From NCBI GenBank assembly GCA_036479435.1, contig JAZGFI010000052.1, positions 1 through 53,874 of the forward strand: a stretch of DNA of 53,874 bases. Reading direction: 5' to 3'. The stretch's first letter is position 1. Every line of letters begins with the position of its first letter. Shown here piece after piece: positions 9,839-20,098 of this stretch. Made by a program: the position numbers and the translations under genes. Below the pieces are notes generated by a model. That model saw nothing but the letters and a program-made list of their open reading frames with translations. It was not told where the DNA came from and ran no database searches. Source of the DNA: Planctomycetota bacterium (GTDB lineage Bacteria > Planctomycetota > GCA-002687715 > DRQF01).

Positions 9839-10789
9839 TCAATCTTTGACGGTCGTCGATGCCCTGAGGGCTAAGCACTGCAAGAAAAGAAGAGACCACA
9901 ATGCGGTGGCCATGGAGATGTGCGCGACCTGCGAAATCGCGGGCAAGGTCCAGTAGGCCAAGGTTAGACCCACCCCAACCTGCGCCGCCAATAGCAAAAC
10001 GCTCCCCGTGGTGCTGAAGCGCAGGATGCGAGAGTGCTTCCAAACCGGGAGCCGCCGGGTCATCCAGGCCGCGCCGATGCCCGCTATGAGCGTCGCGAGA
10101 GCGACTTTGCGGTGAAGCCAGTCGCTAAAGCCGACTTCGGCGAGACGGTCGCCACGAGGCAGTAGGGGGTCTTCTGAGGCCACGATTTCCAAAGTGCCTC
10201 GAACGATGGCCCCCAAAACGACCTGTACCGACACGAGAGCTAAGGTGGCTAAGGCCAAACAAAGGGCCCGGCGGACGCCTTGGGACGGTTTCGCCGTGCT
10301 CGCTGCCTTTTCGGTATGAAAACTCAACCATGCAGCATGCACGAGCAGTCCCAGCATGACCAAGGCCAAGACAAAATGGAGGGTGACGAAGCGGGGATCG
10401 AGCTCCTTTTTGACGACCAATCCCCCCAACCAGGCTTGCCCTCCGGTAATGAGGATGGTGCCGATCATCTCGAAGGCGATGAGTCGGGAAGCCTCTTTAC
10501 GACGCCAAGCTCGGATAGCGGCGATCGTCGCCGCGAGAATTAAGAACCCCACGGTCACCCCCGCCAAACGGTTGCCGTACTCAGTCCAGGTCTTTTGCGC
10601 GTTGAAGGCCTCGCGGTCAAAGCCCGGAGGCAACTGATCGGCGGACGTGGGCGGGATCCAAAGACCGAAACATTTTGGCCAATCCGGGCAGCCTAGGCCC
10701 GCACCAGAAGCGCGCACCGTGGCGCCGACAATGATGAGGAGCTGAGTGGCCAAAGTCGCGATGATGATGAGGCGTTGAAGGCGAGTCAT
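9839..10789 (-). CDS. ctaA: Heme A synthase (COX15/CtaA family)
   Basis: GATVRASGAGLGCPDWPKCFG, WTEYGNRL, QAWLGG, His residues in TLHF, WLHRK and VAH; about 8 TM. The first conserved E-x-x-H-R reads EYGNR. Confidence 0.85.
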   Translation of the reverse strand: MTRLQRLIIIATLATQLLIIVGATVRASGAGLGCPDWPKCFGLWIPPTSADQLPPGFDREAFNAQKTWTEYGNRLAGVTVGFLILAATIAAIRAWRRKEASRLIAFEMIGTILITGGQAWLGGLVVKKELDPRFVTLHFVLALVMLGLLVHAAWLSFHTEKAASTAKPSQGVRRALCLALATLALVSVQVVLGAIVRGTLEIVASEDPLLPRGDRLAEVGFSDWLHRKVALATLIAGIGAAWMTRRLPVWKHSRILRFSTTGSVLLLAAQVGVGLTLAYWTLPAISQVAHISMATALWSLLFLQCLALRASTTVKD

Positions 10790-10859
10790 GGCGGATTATG
10801 GCTCGTTCGAATGGCTGATCAAACCCTCAATCCACTTCAACCCCGCGTCAGGCTGATGC

Positions 10860-11768
10860 TCAAATGGCCCGCAGTGTGCGCAGGGGCCCGTGAAATCCCA
10901 ACTCGTCAAAAAAGGCATCCGCGCTCGGTTTGGGCCTTCGCCAGCGCAAGCTGCCGAGCGTGAGCGACTCATCTGACAATGGGACCTCTTGGTCCAAAAC
11001 GACGAGGCGGCGACTGAGAAAAGCGCTCTCACGCCCGGCCTCGAGTTTGGCGGCGAGAGATTTTGACCCGCGGATGGCAAGTTCGGGAACGCGGTCGAGG
11101 TTTTCGTAGATATCGTCGAGCCCGCCGAGAGCTTGGATCAAAGCCACCGCAGATTTCGGGCCGACGCCGCGAACTCCCGGCACGTTGTCGCTTGAGTCGC
11201 CGGCCAGGGCCAACAAATCGACGACGCGATGAGGCGGGACACCGAGTTTTTTCTCGACGGCGGCGGCATCAAAGACGGGGCTGCCCTTGCCGTCCAAGAC
11301 TTCGACATTGTCGTCAACAAGTTGCAAGACGTCTTTGTCCGGGGTCACCAGCACGACTTTCACGCCAGCCTTGGTGGCTCGGTAGGCCATCGTGGCCATC
11401 AAGTCATCGGCTTCGTAGCCGAGGATGCGAAAGAAGGGGAAGCCCAATTCGTCAACCAAGCGGGCCGCGAGGTCGAACTGGTGAGTCATGTCCTCCGGCG
11501 GGGCTTCACGGTTCGCCTTGTAGTCTGGGTAGATTTCGTGACGAAAGTTCAGTTTGGCAGCATCAAACACGACGGTGAGGTGCTGGGGCCGAAGATCTCG
11601 GTAGAGGCGGGCCAAAGTTTGGCCCATTCCCATGACGCCCGCGACCTCCAAGTCACGGGGTGAGCGGAACTTGCCCATGCCGAAGTAGGACCGAAAGAGC
11701 ATCGCCGTGCCATCGAGAACGTGGATGGATCGGGTGGAGATTCCATCGCTGGGGTTTTCGGCTGCCAT
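10860..11768 (-). CDS. Stand-alone 5'-3' exonuclease / flap endonuclease (PolA N-terminal-like)
   Basis: VLDGTAMLFRSYF, VFD, FRHEIYPDYKANR, YEADD, TPDKD, LAGDSSDNVPGVRGVGPKSA (H3TH); 302 aa with no polymerase domain. Confidence 0.9.
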   Translation of the reverse strand: MAAENPSDGISTRSIHVLDGTAMLFRSYFGMGKFRSPRDLEVAGVMGMGQTLARLYRDLRPQHLTVVFDAAKLNFRHEIYPDYKANREAPPEDMTHQFDLAARLVDELGFPFFRILGYEADDLMATMAYRATKAGVKVVLVTPDKDVLQLVDDNVEVLDGKGSPVFDAAAVEKKLGVPPHRVVDLLALAGDSSDNVPGVRGVGPKSAVALIQALGGLDDIYENLDRVPELAIRGSKSLAAKLEAGRESAFLSRRLVVLDQEVPLSDESLTLGSLRWRRPKPSADAFFDELGFHGPLRTLRAI

Positions 11769-11904
11769 GGTTTCAGTCCTTACCTAGGTCGACGTCTCGA
11801 GTCTGAAGTATGCTATGAACCCCCGGACAATCCCGGCGGGTGACCCCCCCGGATAACCCCTGGATGCTGATTAGCAGGGGATCGATCAGATCGGAGAAGA
11901 AAAC

Positions 11905-13086
11905 ATGAGTCATCGCCTTTCACACACCCTGCTGGCAGTTTGCCTTTTCGTTTTAGTTGGCGGCTTCAGCTCGTCGCTCGCCTTTGCCCAAGAAGAAGCA
12001 GCGCCCAAAAAAACGGGCCGAACAACCGAAGACGGTTTGTTCACCATCGACAAGGACCTCGACAACTTGGCGGTCTTGTCGCAAGGAAACACGGGAACTT
12101 GCTGGGCCTTCGCCACGGTATCGTTCTTCGAAGCGGAGATCTTGAGGTCGAGCGGCAAACGTGTCGATCTCTCGGAGATCTATCCGGTGTACTTCACCTA
12201 CTTGCTCAAGGCGCGGCGTTATCTTGAAAAGAAGGGCGAGTCGCAGTTCACCGAGGGTGGACTCTCTCACGATCTTCGCTTGGTGATCGAAGAATTCGGC
12301 GTCGCCCCGCAGTCGGCATTCAAGGGGCTGTTGCCCGGCGACCGCATCCACAATCACTCCGAACTCAGCCGCGTCACCAAAGGCTTCCTCGACGGGCTCC
12401 TCCCAAAAAAGCCAAAGGAAGGTCAAAGAAAGCGCCGGCGCAAGTTTGTTCCGAGCAAGAAATGGGAAGACGCTTATCGCGGCATTCTCGACGCCTACTT
12501 GGGTGAGATCCCCAAGACGGTGACGGTCGACGGCAAGGAGATGTCGACGCAGGAATACGCACGCGATCACTGCGGGTTTAAATCTGAGGACTATCTGGAA
12601 GTCATGTCCAACGGTACAAAGCCGATGTGGGAAGAGAATTCCCTCGACGTCCCGGACAACTGGTGCCGCGATGCGAAGTACCGCAACGTGCCACTGAAGG
12701 ACCTCATGGAAGCTATGGACCACGCCGTCGCCAAGGGCTACTCAGTCGCGGTCGACGTCGACGTTTCCGAGCCGGGTTTCAAGGCGCGCAAAGGCGTGGC
12801 GACACTGCCCGCAGAACTTGAAAAGAAAGGGGCGGTCACGCAGGAAATTCGCGACCAGATGTTCAAGTCCGGCAAGACTAGCGATGACCACTTGATGCAC
12901 GTCGTCGGCACCGCCAAGGACAAAAACGGCAAGGTCTTCTACGTCGTTAAGAACTCCTGGGGCAAGATTGGCCCCTACCAGGGCTACATGTTCATGTCAC
13001 GGCCTTACATGGCCGCGAAGATGCTCGCCTTCATGGTTCACAAGGGCGGCTTGCCAAAACCGGTGATCGAAAAAGTCCAACCCTGA
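11905..13086 (+). CDS. Secreted C1-family cysteine aminopeptidase (PepC/bleomycin-hydrolase-like)
   Basis: Signal peptide; QGNTGTCWAF (catalytic Cys), DDHLMHVVG (His), KNSWG (Asn). Confidence 0.9.
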   Translation: MSHRLSHTLLAVCLFVLVGGFSSSLAFAQEEAAPKKTGRTTEDGLFTIDKDLDNLAVLSQGNTGTCWAFATVSFFEAEILRSSGKRVDLSEIYPVYFTYLLKARRYLEKKGESQFTEGGLSHDLRLVIEEFGVAPQSAFKGLLPGDRIHNHSELSRVTKGFLDGLLPKKPKEGQRKRRRKFVPSKKWEDAYRGILDAYLGEIPKTVTVDGKEMSTQEYARDHCGFKSEDYLEVMSNGTKPMWEENSLDVPDNWCRDAKYRNVPLKDLMEAMDHAVAKGYSVAVDVDVSEPGFKARKGVATLPAELEKKGAVTQEIRDQMFKSGKTSDDHLMHVVGTAKDKNGKVFYVVKNSWGKIGPYQGYMFMSRPYMAAKMLAFMVHKGGLPKPVIEKVQP

Positions 13087-13096
13087 CCCTAACTCA

Positions 13097-14566
13097 CTAG
13101 GGAATCAAGATGCGTTGAGGAGGGAGCGTTAAGATCGCTCCCTCTTTTATTTGGACCGCCAAGAAATCGAGCGTCCAGCCCGAAGGCACGACGCTGCCCG
13201 GAGTGGTGTAGTAGTAGCGGCCAACGGAGTCCGGTTGTACGTGGTAGGGCTCGGTGCCGAGAGGCGAGGTCGCCATGGTAAATTGCAGAGGGCCGAAAGT
13301 GATGCCTGCGACCGGCCCGGAACCGAGAGGGTAGCTCGGGTTGATAACGAAGAGGTGATAAAGGCGCGATCCCTCAGCTCCGACAATTCCGATCTCGACC
13401 TGGCCGGGACTGGCAGAACCGATGCGGGCTCGATGACCGGTCACCAAGGGCGGCAGCACCGTACCCGCGCGCAAGAGCAGGGGTGCGATCGCATTGTCGC
13501 GAATTTGAAAGATGAAGTCCGCACTTTGCAATTCGCTCATCAGCGCTTGGATGACGGCCGACCCACTCCCGGTTCGAATCAGCGCGTTTTGACCGAGGGA
13601 GCGAAGGCGGCGGAACGACAAAGGAGTCGCGCCTGCGGGGCCCCCAAACTCGAATCCCAACTCGTTGTCGGGAACCCAGTGATTGACAATGATGACGCCG
13701 TCTTGCGTCCCCTGCCCGGCTGTGACCAAGATCGTCGCTGGCGAAAAAGCGAAATTCGCGAGGTCAATCCCGGGAGGGCTGTAGCTGCCGGAGGCGAGGA
13801 AAGTCCCGCCGATGATCGGGTCGGCGGCAGGGTTGAGAACGGAGATTCCCGTACTCGTGACAAAGCCGCTGATGGTTGCCGATATTTCGAACTGACCGAG
13901 AGCTGGGTTCAAAGAGACGGTGGGCGTGCCGTCGAAAAGAAACTCTCGAACGTCGATCGCGCCAAGCGCTTGTCCCGGATTGAGCATCCCCGGTGTTGCG
14001 GCCGGCGTTGATCCCAATGACCAATCAAGACCCGTGTTGGTATCGAGGGTCGTGGTGCGGGCAATCACATCGTTGCCGCTGATCGAGTTGCCGCTTCGGT
14101 CAAGCGGATTGGAAAAATTACTGGCACTGGCCCCCGCCGGGAGCTGTAGTCCATCTTGGCCAAAGATGAGCATGTCGCGCTCGACGTTTTTATCGTCAAA
14201 AAGGACGACGGAGCCAGTGCTGATACCGACCCAGCCCCAACCGAATCCCGTGTGAAAAATGGTCGTGAAATTCGCGGGCCCCGTTCCGGAGGCGAAGTTC
14301 GACTGCGATTCCAACAAGATGACGGACTGCCCGGCTGCGATCGAGGTTCCCGCGGGGATTTGGAAGGAAGGATAGACCGAAAAACCGAATGACGACTCGA
14401 GGCGCCAACCGCCAACGTCGACGCTTTGGCTGCTGAAGTTGTAGATTTCGACCCAGTCGGGGTTTCCGGTGTTGACCTCGTTGATCAGGACATCTTGGCC
14501 GCGAAGCCCGGTTTGCGCCAAGGCGGACATGATCAGCGTGCAGATCGCAAAGTTGCGGAAACTCAT
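13097..14566 (-). CDS. Secreted lamin-tail-domain protein
   Basis: Signal peptide, then VLINEV...DWVEIYNFSSQSVDVGGWRL...FQIPAGTSIAAGQSVIL and ATPGMLN; C-terminal beta domain. Confidence 0.75.
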   Translation of the reverse strand: MSFRNFAICTLIMSALAQTGLRGQDVLINEVNTGNPDWVEIYNFSSQSVDVGGWRLESSFGFSVYPSFQIPAGTSIAAGQSVILLESQSNFASGTGPANFTTIFHTGFGWGWVGISTGSVVLFDDKNVERDMLIFGQDGLQLPAGASASNFSNPLDRSGNSISGNDVIARTTTLDTNTGLDWSLGSTPAATPGMLNPGQALGAIDVREFLFDGTPTVSLNPALGQFEISATISGFVTSTGISVLNPAADPIIGGTFLASGSYSPPGIDLANFAFSPATILVTAGQGTQDGVIIVNHWVPDNELGFEFGGPAGATPLSFRRLRSLGQNALIRTGSGSAVIQALMSELQSADFIFQIRDNAIAPLLLRAGTVLPPLVTGHRARIGSASPGQVEIGIVGAEGSRLYHLFVINPSYPLGSGPVAGITFGPLQFTMATSPLGTEPYHVQPDSVGRYYYTTPGSVVPSGWTLDFLAVQIKEGAILTLPPQRILIP

Positions 14567-14785
14567 CCTGGAAACTCCCCCGTGTGGGATTTTATGAAGC
14601 CCTATTTCGTCTCTTTCGATATATCAGCCATTGAGGCCTTCGGACTTGAGGGTGACTGGTGGTCACGGCCCTTGGGTAAAGGTGCTCTGACTTGGCATTC
14701 TGGGGCGCGAGTTCGGGCAAAGTTTTGATCCGGTCGCAAGCCAGCGCACTGGCAACCGGTTTTCTCGGCGGGAGATTTCGCTGAA

Positions 14786-16015
14786 GTGACTTCATTCGAA
14801 TCTGTGGCTCCGGTCGCCACCAAGGATCGGATCTTGACCTGGGACTTGTTGCGCGGCTTTGCGGTCTTGGGCGTTCTTCTCGCCAACATGCCCTTGATGT
14901 CGATGACCTGGCCCTGGACTTTTCATGTCGCCTGGGTGGGCAGCGACCGCGCCGAAGACTATTTCGCCTTTGCCTTCGTGCGCATCTTGGCGGACACCAA
15001 GTTCGTCACGATTTTCTCGCTTCTCTTCGGCGCGGGCCTGGGGCTCATGAGCGAAAAGGCCTTAGCCAACGGTGACCGGCCTTTCGCTGGCCTTTATCTC
15101 AAACGACTTTTCTTCCTGTTCGTCTTCGGGGCGTTGCACGCCATTTTCTTGTGGCGTGGCGATGTCCTGGTTCACTACGCAATGGTCGGATTCGTGGCCT
15201 TGTGGTTTCGCAAGGTGTCCGTCAAGACCCTGGTCATGATGGGCTCGATTCTCAGTGTTCTGGGGATTTTGTGTTGGAGCCTGCTAGCGGTCGGCATGCA
15301 CTTCAAGATGGCGGAGGCGCCCGGTCTTGCTGCGAGCAACGCCGAGACGCTTGAGGCGATCTACTTGCAATTTGACTACCCGCGGCTTCTCGTTTACCGC
15401 GCCAAAGAGTTCATTACCTCCACGGTTTTCGTCACGCTCATTATGGGCCCAAGGACTTTGGGCTTGTTCTTTTTTGGCATGGCGCTCGTCAAGTCGCGAG
15501 TGCTCGTCGACATTGCTCAACATCGGCTGGCCTGGCGGCGCATCGCCTTTTTTGGGCTCCTGTTGGGTCTGCCGCTTCAGTTTATTTGGGTGAATACCAG
15601 TTTTCGCCTCGCCGCTTACTCAGACTCAGCCCCCATGGGCTTGGAGGTCGCCAACTCCCTGTTGAGCGCTCACGCGGCCTACCTGTTGTCGCCGGCCTAC
15701 CTTGCGATCATCGCCCTGTGGACTCTTAAGCCGCGATGGTTGGGGCTGCGTCATCGCCTCGCGGCGGTGGGGCGGATGGCGCTCACGAATTACATCTCTC
15801 ATTCCTTCATCACCTTTTGGATCTTTCAATTCGGCGAGCAGTGGGACCGATGGGGCCGCTTTGAAGGTCTCGCCCTGACTTTTGGGATCTTCGTCTTTCA
15901 GCTTTGGCTCAGCCCCTGGTGGTTGGCTCGCTATCGCTTCGGGCCGCTGGAGTGGGTTTGGAGGAGTTTGATTTACGGTCAGCCTCAGCCCTTTCGCTTG
16001 GAAGCTTCGACTTGA
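14786..16015 (+). CDS. DUF418 (YeiB-like) membrane protein
   Basis: RILTWDLLRGFAVLGVLLAN, KFVTIFSLLFGAG, WRGDVLVHYA, VGRMALTNYISHS, FGPLEWVWRSL. Confidence 0.88.
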   Translation: MTSFESVAPVATKDRILTWDLLRGFAVLGVLLANMPLMSMTWPWTFHVAWVGSDRAEDYFAFAFVRILADTKFVTIFSLLFGAGLGLMSEKALANGDRPFAGLYLKRLFFLFVFGALHAIFLWRGDVLVHYAMVGFVALWFRKVSVKTLVMMGSILSVLGILCWSLLAVGMHFKMAEAPGLAASNAETLEAIYLQFDYPRLLVYRAKEFITSTVFVTLIMGPRTLGLFFFGMALVKSRVLVDIAQHRLAWRRIAFFGLLLGLPLQFIWVNTSFRLAAYSDSAPMGLEVANSLLSAHAAYLLSPAYLAIIALWTLKPRWLGLRHRLAAVGRMALTNYISHSFITFWIFQFGEQWDRWGRFEGLALTFGIFVFQLWLSPWWLARYRFGPLEWVWRSLIYGQPQPFRLEAST

Positions 16016-17211
16016 ACCCTCAAGGCGAGCCCGAGCCCGAGTCCGACGAGCCTAACCCGCAGGCTCCGGCCGACATCGTGTTGGCCGCCGCGCGATGGTT
16101 CGAGTTTGGCGGCATGCAACGTACCTACTTGCGCATTGCCAAAAGCCTCCACGCTCGCGGTCGAAAACTCAAACTCTGTGTTAGCCGTTGGGACGGCCCG
16201 CATCCCGATTTTGCCGAGCTGCGAGAGTTCGGCGTTGAGGGACTCAGCAACCATGAGCGCAACGCGGCTTTCGCGAAAAACCTCGCGGCGGAGGTCGCCA
16301 AAAGCCCGCGGGCTCTCGTGGTCGGTTTCACGAAAGTCTCCGGCCTTGACCTCTACTACGCGGCAGACCCCTGTTTCAATCAACGGGTGAGCGCAGCGAC
16401 TTTTGGTTTCGCCCGAAGATTGTTGCCGCGTTACCGTGAGCTGATTCGGCAGGAACAAGCGGTGTTCGCCCAGGGCGAAAAAACCCAAGTCATGTTGATT
16501 GCGCACGGCCAACAACAGGTCTTCCAGCGCTACTATCAGACCGAATCCGAACGCTTTCACCTCATGCCTCCAGGCATCGACCGGGTTCGACTTGATGAGG
16601 GTTTGGCCCGGCCTTTTTCCGCGGCTGCTTTTCGCGAGTCGCTCGGACTAAAACCTAGCGATCGAGTCTTTTTGACCTTGGGATCGGGATTCAAAACCAA
16701 AGGCGTTGATCGCACCTTGCGCGCGCTGTCCCGCATTCCTGTCCACAAGCGCCAAGGCCTCGTGTTTGTGGTGGTGGGGGAGGGGAAAGTGAAGGCGCTG
16801 GAACGACAGGCCGACCTAGTTGGCGTTCCCCTCGTTGCCACGGGGCCAAGGGCGGATGTCGTCGACTTTTACAGGGCGGCCGAGTGCTTGCTGCATCCCG
16901 CACGGGTCGAAAACACCGGGACCAGTTTGATCGAAGCGATGTATTGCGGGCTGCCGGTTCTTTGCACCGAAAATTGTGGTTTCGCGGACCACGTTCGCGC
17001 GGCGGGGGCCGGAACGGTCATGAAGGAGCCCTTTGACCTCGGCCGCTACACTTTGGCCTTGGAGAAGCGTCTTTTAGCTGAGGATCGCGAGGCTCTAGCC
17101 GCCGCAGGGCGTGCCTACACCCGTGAGCATGACCTCTACGGATTGATTGAGGCGGCGGCAGATCTCATCGAGGCGCAAGCCGATGCAAAAGCGGTGGCGA
17201 TCTCTTCTTGA
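16012..17211 (+). CDS. waaG: GT4 glycosyltransferase, LPS core glucosyltransferase WaaG/RfaG-like
   Basis: FGGMQR, NHERN, VGFTKVSGLDLYYAADPCF, PPGI, GSGFKTKGVDR, LLHPARVENTGTSLIEA, CGFA. TTG start overlaps the upstream TGA. Confidence 0.8.
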   Translation: MNPQGEPEPESDEPNPQAPADIVLAAARWFEFGGMQRTYLRIAKSLHARGRKLKLCVSRWDGPHPDFAELREFGVEGLSNHERNAAFAKNLAAEVAKSPRALVVGFTKVSGLDLYYAADPCFNQRVSAATFGFARRLLPRYRELIRQEQAVFAQGEKTQVMLIAHGQQQVFQRYYQTESERFHLMPPGIDRVRLDEGLARPFSAAAFRESLGLKPSDRVFLTLGSGFKTKGVDRTLRALSRIPVHKRQGLVFVVVGEGKVKALERQADLVGVPLVATGPRADVVDFYRAAECLLHPARVENTGTSLIEAMYCGLPVLCTENCGFADHVRAAGAGTVMKEPFDLGRYTLALEKRLLAEDREALAAAGRAYTREHDLYGLIEAAADLIEAQADAKAVAISS

Positions 17212-18569
17212 AAGTCCTGGTTGATCCCCAAGATGCGCGGGCAAGGGCCGCTGGAGTCAAAGGGGCTTAGCCATCGAATCCTGAGTTTCGTCGAGTCGAA
17301 GCGCAGGTCCTGACGGCCGCTCGAATCAAGACCACAGATAGCTTCGCGGTCCAATGTTTCCATTCGACATCCGAAAAGATCGAATCGGGCGAGGGCCTTC
17401 GCCAATTTCCTGCGGGCGCTGCGGCCCGTGTCTGATCGCTGCCACAGCTCGTCATGAATCGCGTCAGCGATCCCCGCTTCAAAGGCCACCACGGGCCGCC
17501 GCGGAAAGCGGTTAAGGCACAGTCTGGCTCGCAATATTGGCAATCCCCATTGGCCGAGCTGCCGCGCTTCAATCCAGTCGTTGCGGGCGTGAGCTTCTCT
17601 GAAGACGCCCTTTGAAAAGACCAACTGGAGTTTGTCCTCTTGCCATTTGATCGTGACTCTTGCCGCGCGCTTGCCGCGCGCCGTGGCCAAGATTTCTTGA
17701 GCGAGCGCGTCCTCCAGACCCGCCAAGTTCGCGCCCCAAACTCGGTTGATTGCGAATGTTCCGAACTTGATCGCGTGAATTCTCGTGGCGCTGGAATCGC
17801 GTTGAACCTTGCGCGCGAAGCGGCGGCGCCGCTCTTCCCAAAGGAGCTTGCCCTCATTGCGCACTATCTTTTGATCGAGGGGTTCCCCGCCCGCCTTTTG
17901 GTAATGCGAGAGCAGGAACGCAATCGCACCGTACCACCGGGGATCAACTTGAATGAGAAGCGCCGCAAAGTTGCGGGCACGCTCGCGCGGGCTCAAGGAC
18001 TGATCGAAACTCAAGCTGCCGAAGTCGAGAGTCTGAACTCCCAGCTTAGTCGACATGAAATTGCCGAGATGTAAATCGTCTTGCCGGATGCCATTGGCGT
18101 GATGCTGCCCGAGGAGCGCGGCGAGGGCCGCGATCTGCCGAAGTAGCAGTTGGTCGTCTGCTTGGTCAGGTTCCAAGGGCGCGAGCCGCTGAAAGTCGAA
18201 CTGAGACTCTAAGCGTTCAAAAATCAAAACCGGACTGGGGCCGGTCGAATTGGTTTTCTGCAAGGGGCTTGAGCCCACGAAGCCCATGTCGATCAGGGCC
18301 GGGCAGAGCACCCCGCGTTCGCTTAGCTTGCCGTGTGCTTTTTGTTCACGCTGCGCTCGGACCAGCCCTCGGGCGCCAGGAGCGAAGACTTTGGCGAATA
18401 CCGCACGGCCATCGAGGAGGGCGGCGCCGGAGAATCGTCGATCCGGTAAGAAGCGGGCAAGGGACACGATGGAGAGTGTTTTTCGGCCTCGGTCCTTGAG
18501 AGCGACGGATTTGGACTCCAAGCGATCCAAGGACTGAAAAGCGAGATCTACTGGCGGCACGAAGGACAT
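17136..18569 (-). CDS. Lipopolysaccharide kinase (Kdo/WaaP/InaA family) with degenerate C-terminal half
   Basis: LARFLPDRRF..VFAKVF, RE..AHGKL..RGVLCP, HANGIRQDDLHLGNF, TLDFG; overlaps the waaG 3' end by 76 nt. Confidence 0.7.
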   Translation of the reverse strand: MSFVPPVDLAFQSLDRLESKSVALKDRGRKTLSIVSLARFLPDRRFSGAALLDGRAVFAKVFAPGARGLVRAQREQKAHGKLSERGVLCPALIDMGFVGSSPLQKTNSTGPSPVLIFERLESQFDFQRLAPLEPDQADDQLLLRQIAALAALLGQHHANGIRQDDLHLGNFMSTKLGVQTLDFGSLSFDQSLSPRERARNFAALLIQVDPRWYGAIAFLLSHYQKAGGEPLDQKIVRNEGKLLWEERRRRFARKVQRDSSATRIHAIKFGTFAINRVWGANLAGLEDALAQEILATARGKRAARVTIKWQEDKLQLVFSKGVFREAHARNDWIEARQLGQWGLPILRARLCLNRFPRRPVVAFEAGIADAIHDELWQRSDTGRSARRKLAKALARFDLFGCRMETLDREAICGLDSSGRQDLRFDSTKLRIRWLSPFDSSGPCPRILGINQDFQEEIATAFASACASMRSAAASINP

Positions 18570-18609
18570 GGCCAGATCTTACCCGCCGCTTGTCCCCAAT
18601 GCGACCGGA

Positions 18610-19761
18610 TCACCGCCGCTCAGAGAGCGGTTCTAAGACCAAGGTCACCCGTTGTTGGCGACCATTACGCCACAAAGTTATGGGTAATTCGCTGCCCGGC
18701 TTGAGCGTGGCCACACGATTGCGAAGGGTATTGGCGTCTTTGACCAACTCGTTGCCGACCGCGAGGATGATGTCGTTGACTCGAATTCCCGCCTTGTCGG
18801 CCGGTCCGTTCCGAATCACGTCTTCGACGATGCTCCCCGCTGCGGTCGTCAGCCCCGTGCGGTCGGCGGCCTTAGGGTCGAGGTCAATGACGGCGACGCC
18901 GATGTAGCTTCGGTGCACCACGCCGTCTTCAATGAGCCCCTCGATGACGGACTTCATCATCCGGCTGGGGATCGCGAATCCGATGCCGGCGGAGCTTCCG
19001 CTGCGGGATGCAATCGCGGTGTTGATGCCAATGATGTGCCCGTTGAGATTGACGAGTGGCCCGCCGCTGTTACCGGGGTTGATGGCCGCGTCGACCTGAA
19101 TGAACTCTTCGTAGTCCGTGATGCCAACTCCCGCGCGACCCAAGGCGCTGACAATACCGGCGGTGACGGTGTGAGAGAGGCCGAAGGGACTTCCTGCCGC
19201 CATTATCCAATCGCCCACACGCACGGTTTGGGAGTCGCCGATGGTAGCCGCGACTAAATTGTCGGCGCGGATGTGCAAGACCGCGAGGTCCGATCGTCGG
19301 TCGATGCCGACGACAGTGGCGCGACGCACGCGCTTGTCGTGAAGCGTGACGGCGATCTCAGTTGCGGCGGTGGCGACATGGGAGTTGGTCACGATGTACC
19401 CCGTCTTGTCGATGACGACGCCGCTCCCAATGACGGTTTGGGGCATGTCGCGCATGCTCAGCTGAAAACGGTCGTCGTCATGATCCGCCGCGTTCGAGTT
19501 CATCAACTGCCTCGGGATGCGGTTGATGCTCACGACAGAGGGGCCGATGACCAAAGAGACGTCGCGAAAAACGGTCGAGAGGTCGACCGGTCCCGGTGTT
19601 TCGAGGCGACCTTTCGCCCGGTCCCAGGCTTGATAAGGCTCGGGCTCGGGCTCGGGCTCGGCGTCGGCGCGCAGGCCCTGCAGGCTCCAGGCCCCGCCCA
19701 AAATGATGGCGCTCAAAGCGATAAACAGGAGCAGACGATCGAGAAGGCTTGGAGACGTCAT
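18610..19761 (-). CDS. HtrA/DegS-like trypsin serine protease with one PDZ domain
   Basis: N-terminal TM; GSGVVI, TNSHV, DLAVL, QVDAAINPGNSGGPL, GIGFAIP; PDZ GPADKAGIRVNDII. Start uncertain (19761 or 19875). Confidence 0.9.
   Translation of the reverse strand: MTSPSLLDRLLLFIALSAIILGGAWSLQGLRADAEPEPEPEPYQAWDRAKGRLETPGPVDLSTVFRDVSLVIGPSVVSINRIPRQLMNSNAADHDDDRFQLSMRDMPQTVIGSGVVIDKTGYIVTNSHVATAATEIAVTLHDKRVRRATVVGIDRRSDLAVLHIRADNLVAATIGDSQTVRVGDWIMAAGSPFGLSHTVTAGIVSALGRAGVGITDYEEFIQVDAAINPGNSGGPLVNLNGHIIGINTAIASRSGSSAGIGFAIPSRMMKSVIEGLIEDGVVHRSYIGVAVIDLDPKAADRTGLTTAAGSIVEDVIRNGPADKAGIRVNDIILAVGNELVKDANTLRNRVATLKPGSELPITLWRNGRQQRVTLVLEPLSERR
19637..19660. repeat. (GGCTCG)4 encoding an EPEPEPEP linker in htrA
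   Basis: Four perfect units. Confidence 0.85.
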
Positions 19762-19790
19762 CAGTCTGCTCTTTGGCGTCAGGGCGCGGT

Positions 19791-19848
19791 GGCGAGGGCG
19801 AGGGCGAGGGCGAGGGCGAGGGCGAGGGCGAGGGCGAGGGCGAGGGCG
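19791..19848. repeat. Hexamer microsatellite (GGCGAG)9 plus 4 nt
   Basis: Nine perfect units counted; reads (RP)n on the htrA frame. Confidence 0.95.
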
Positions 19849-20098
19849 CCCATGAGTATCTAGGAATGCGCTCATTGATGGTGAGTTGATGAGATGACGG
19901 CTCTCAATCCGATTGACTCCCTCGGGCTCGGTTTTCGACGCCGATGGCTGGAATCTCGGGCCCAGTTGCGGAAAAAGGGCCTCGATCTGCCTTGAGGTGG
20001 AGGGCATCTTGGCCGCGAAATGGGTTCAAGTGCTTTGTCTCCACCAGTTTGGAGATGTTTTGGGGCCAAGGCCACAAAACTCGAAACATTGGCTTAGA

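Noticed and set aside
11821..11865. CCCCGGA(C/T)AA repeats in a divergent intergenic region
   Set aside because: Short, GC-rich and irregularly spaced; could arise by chance.
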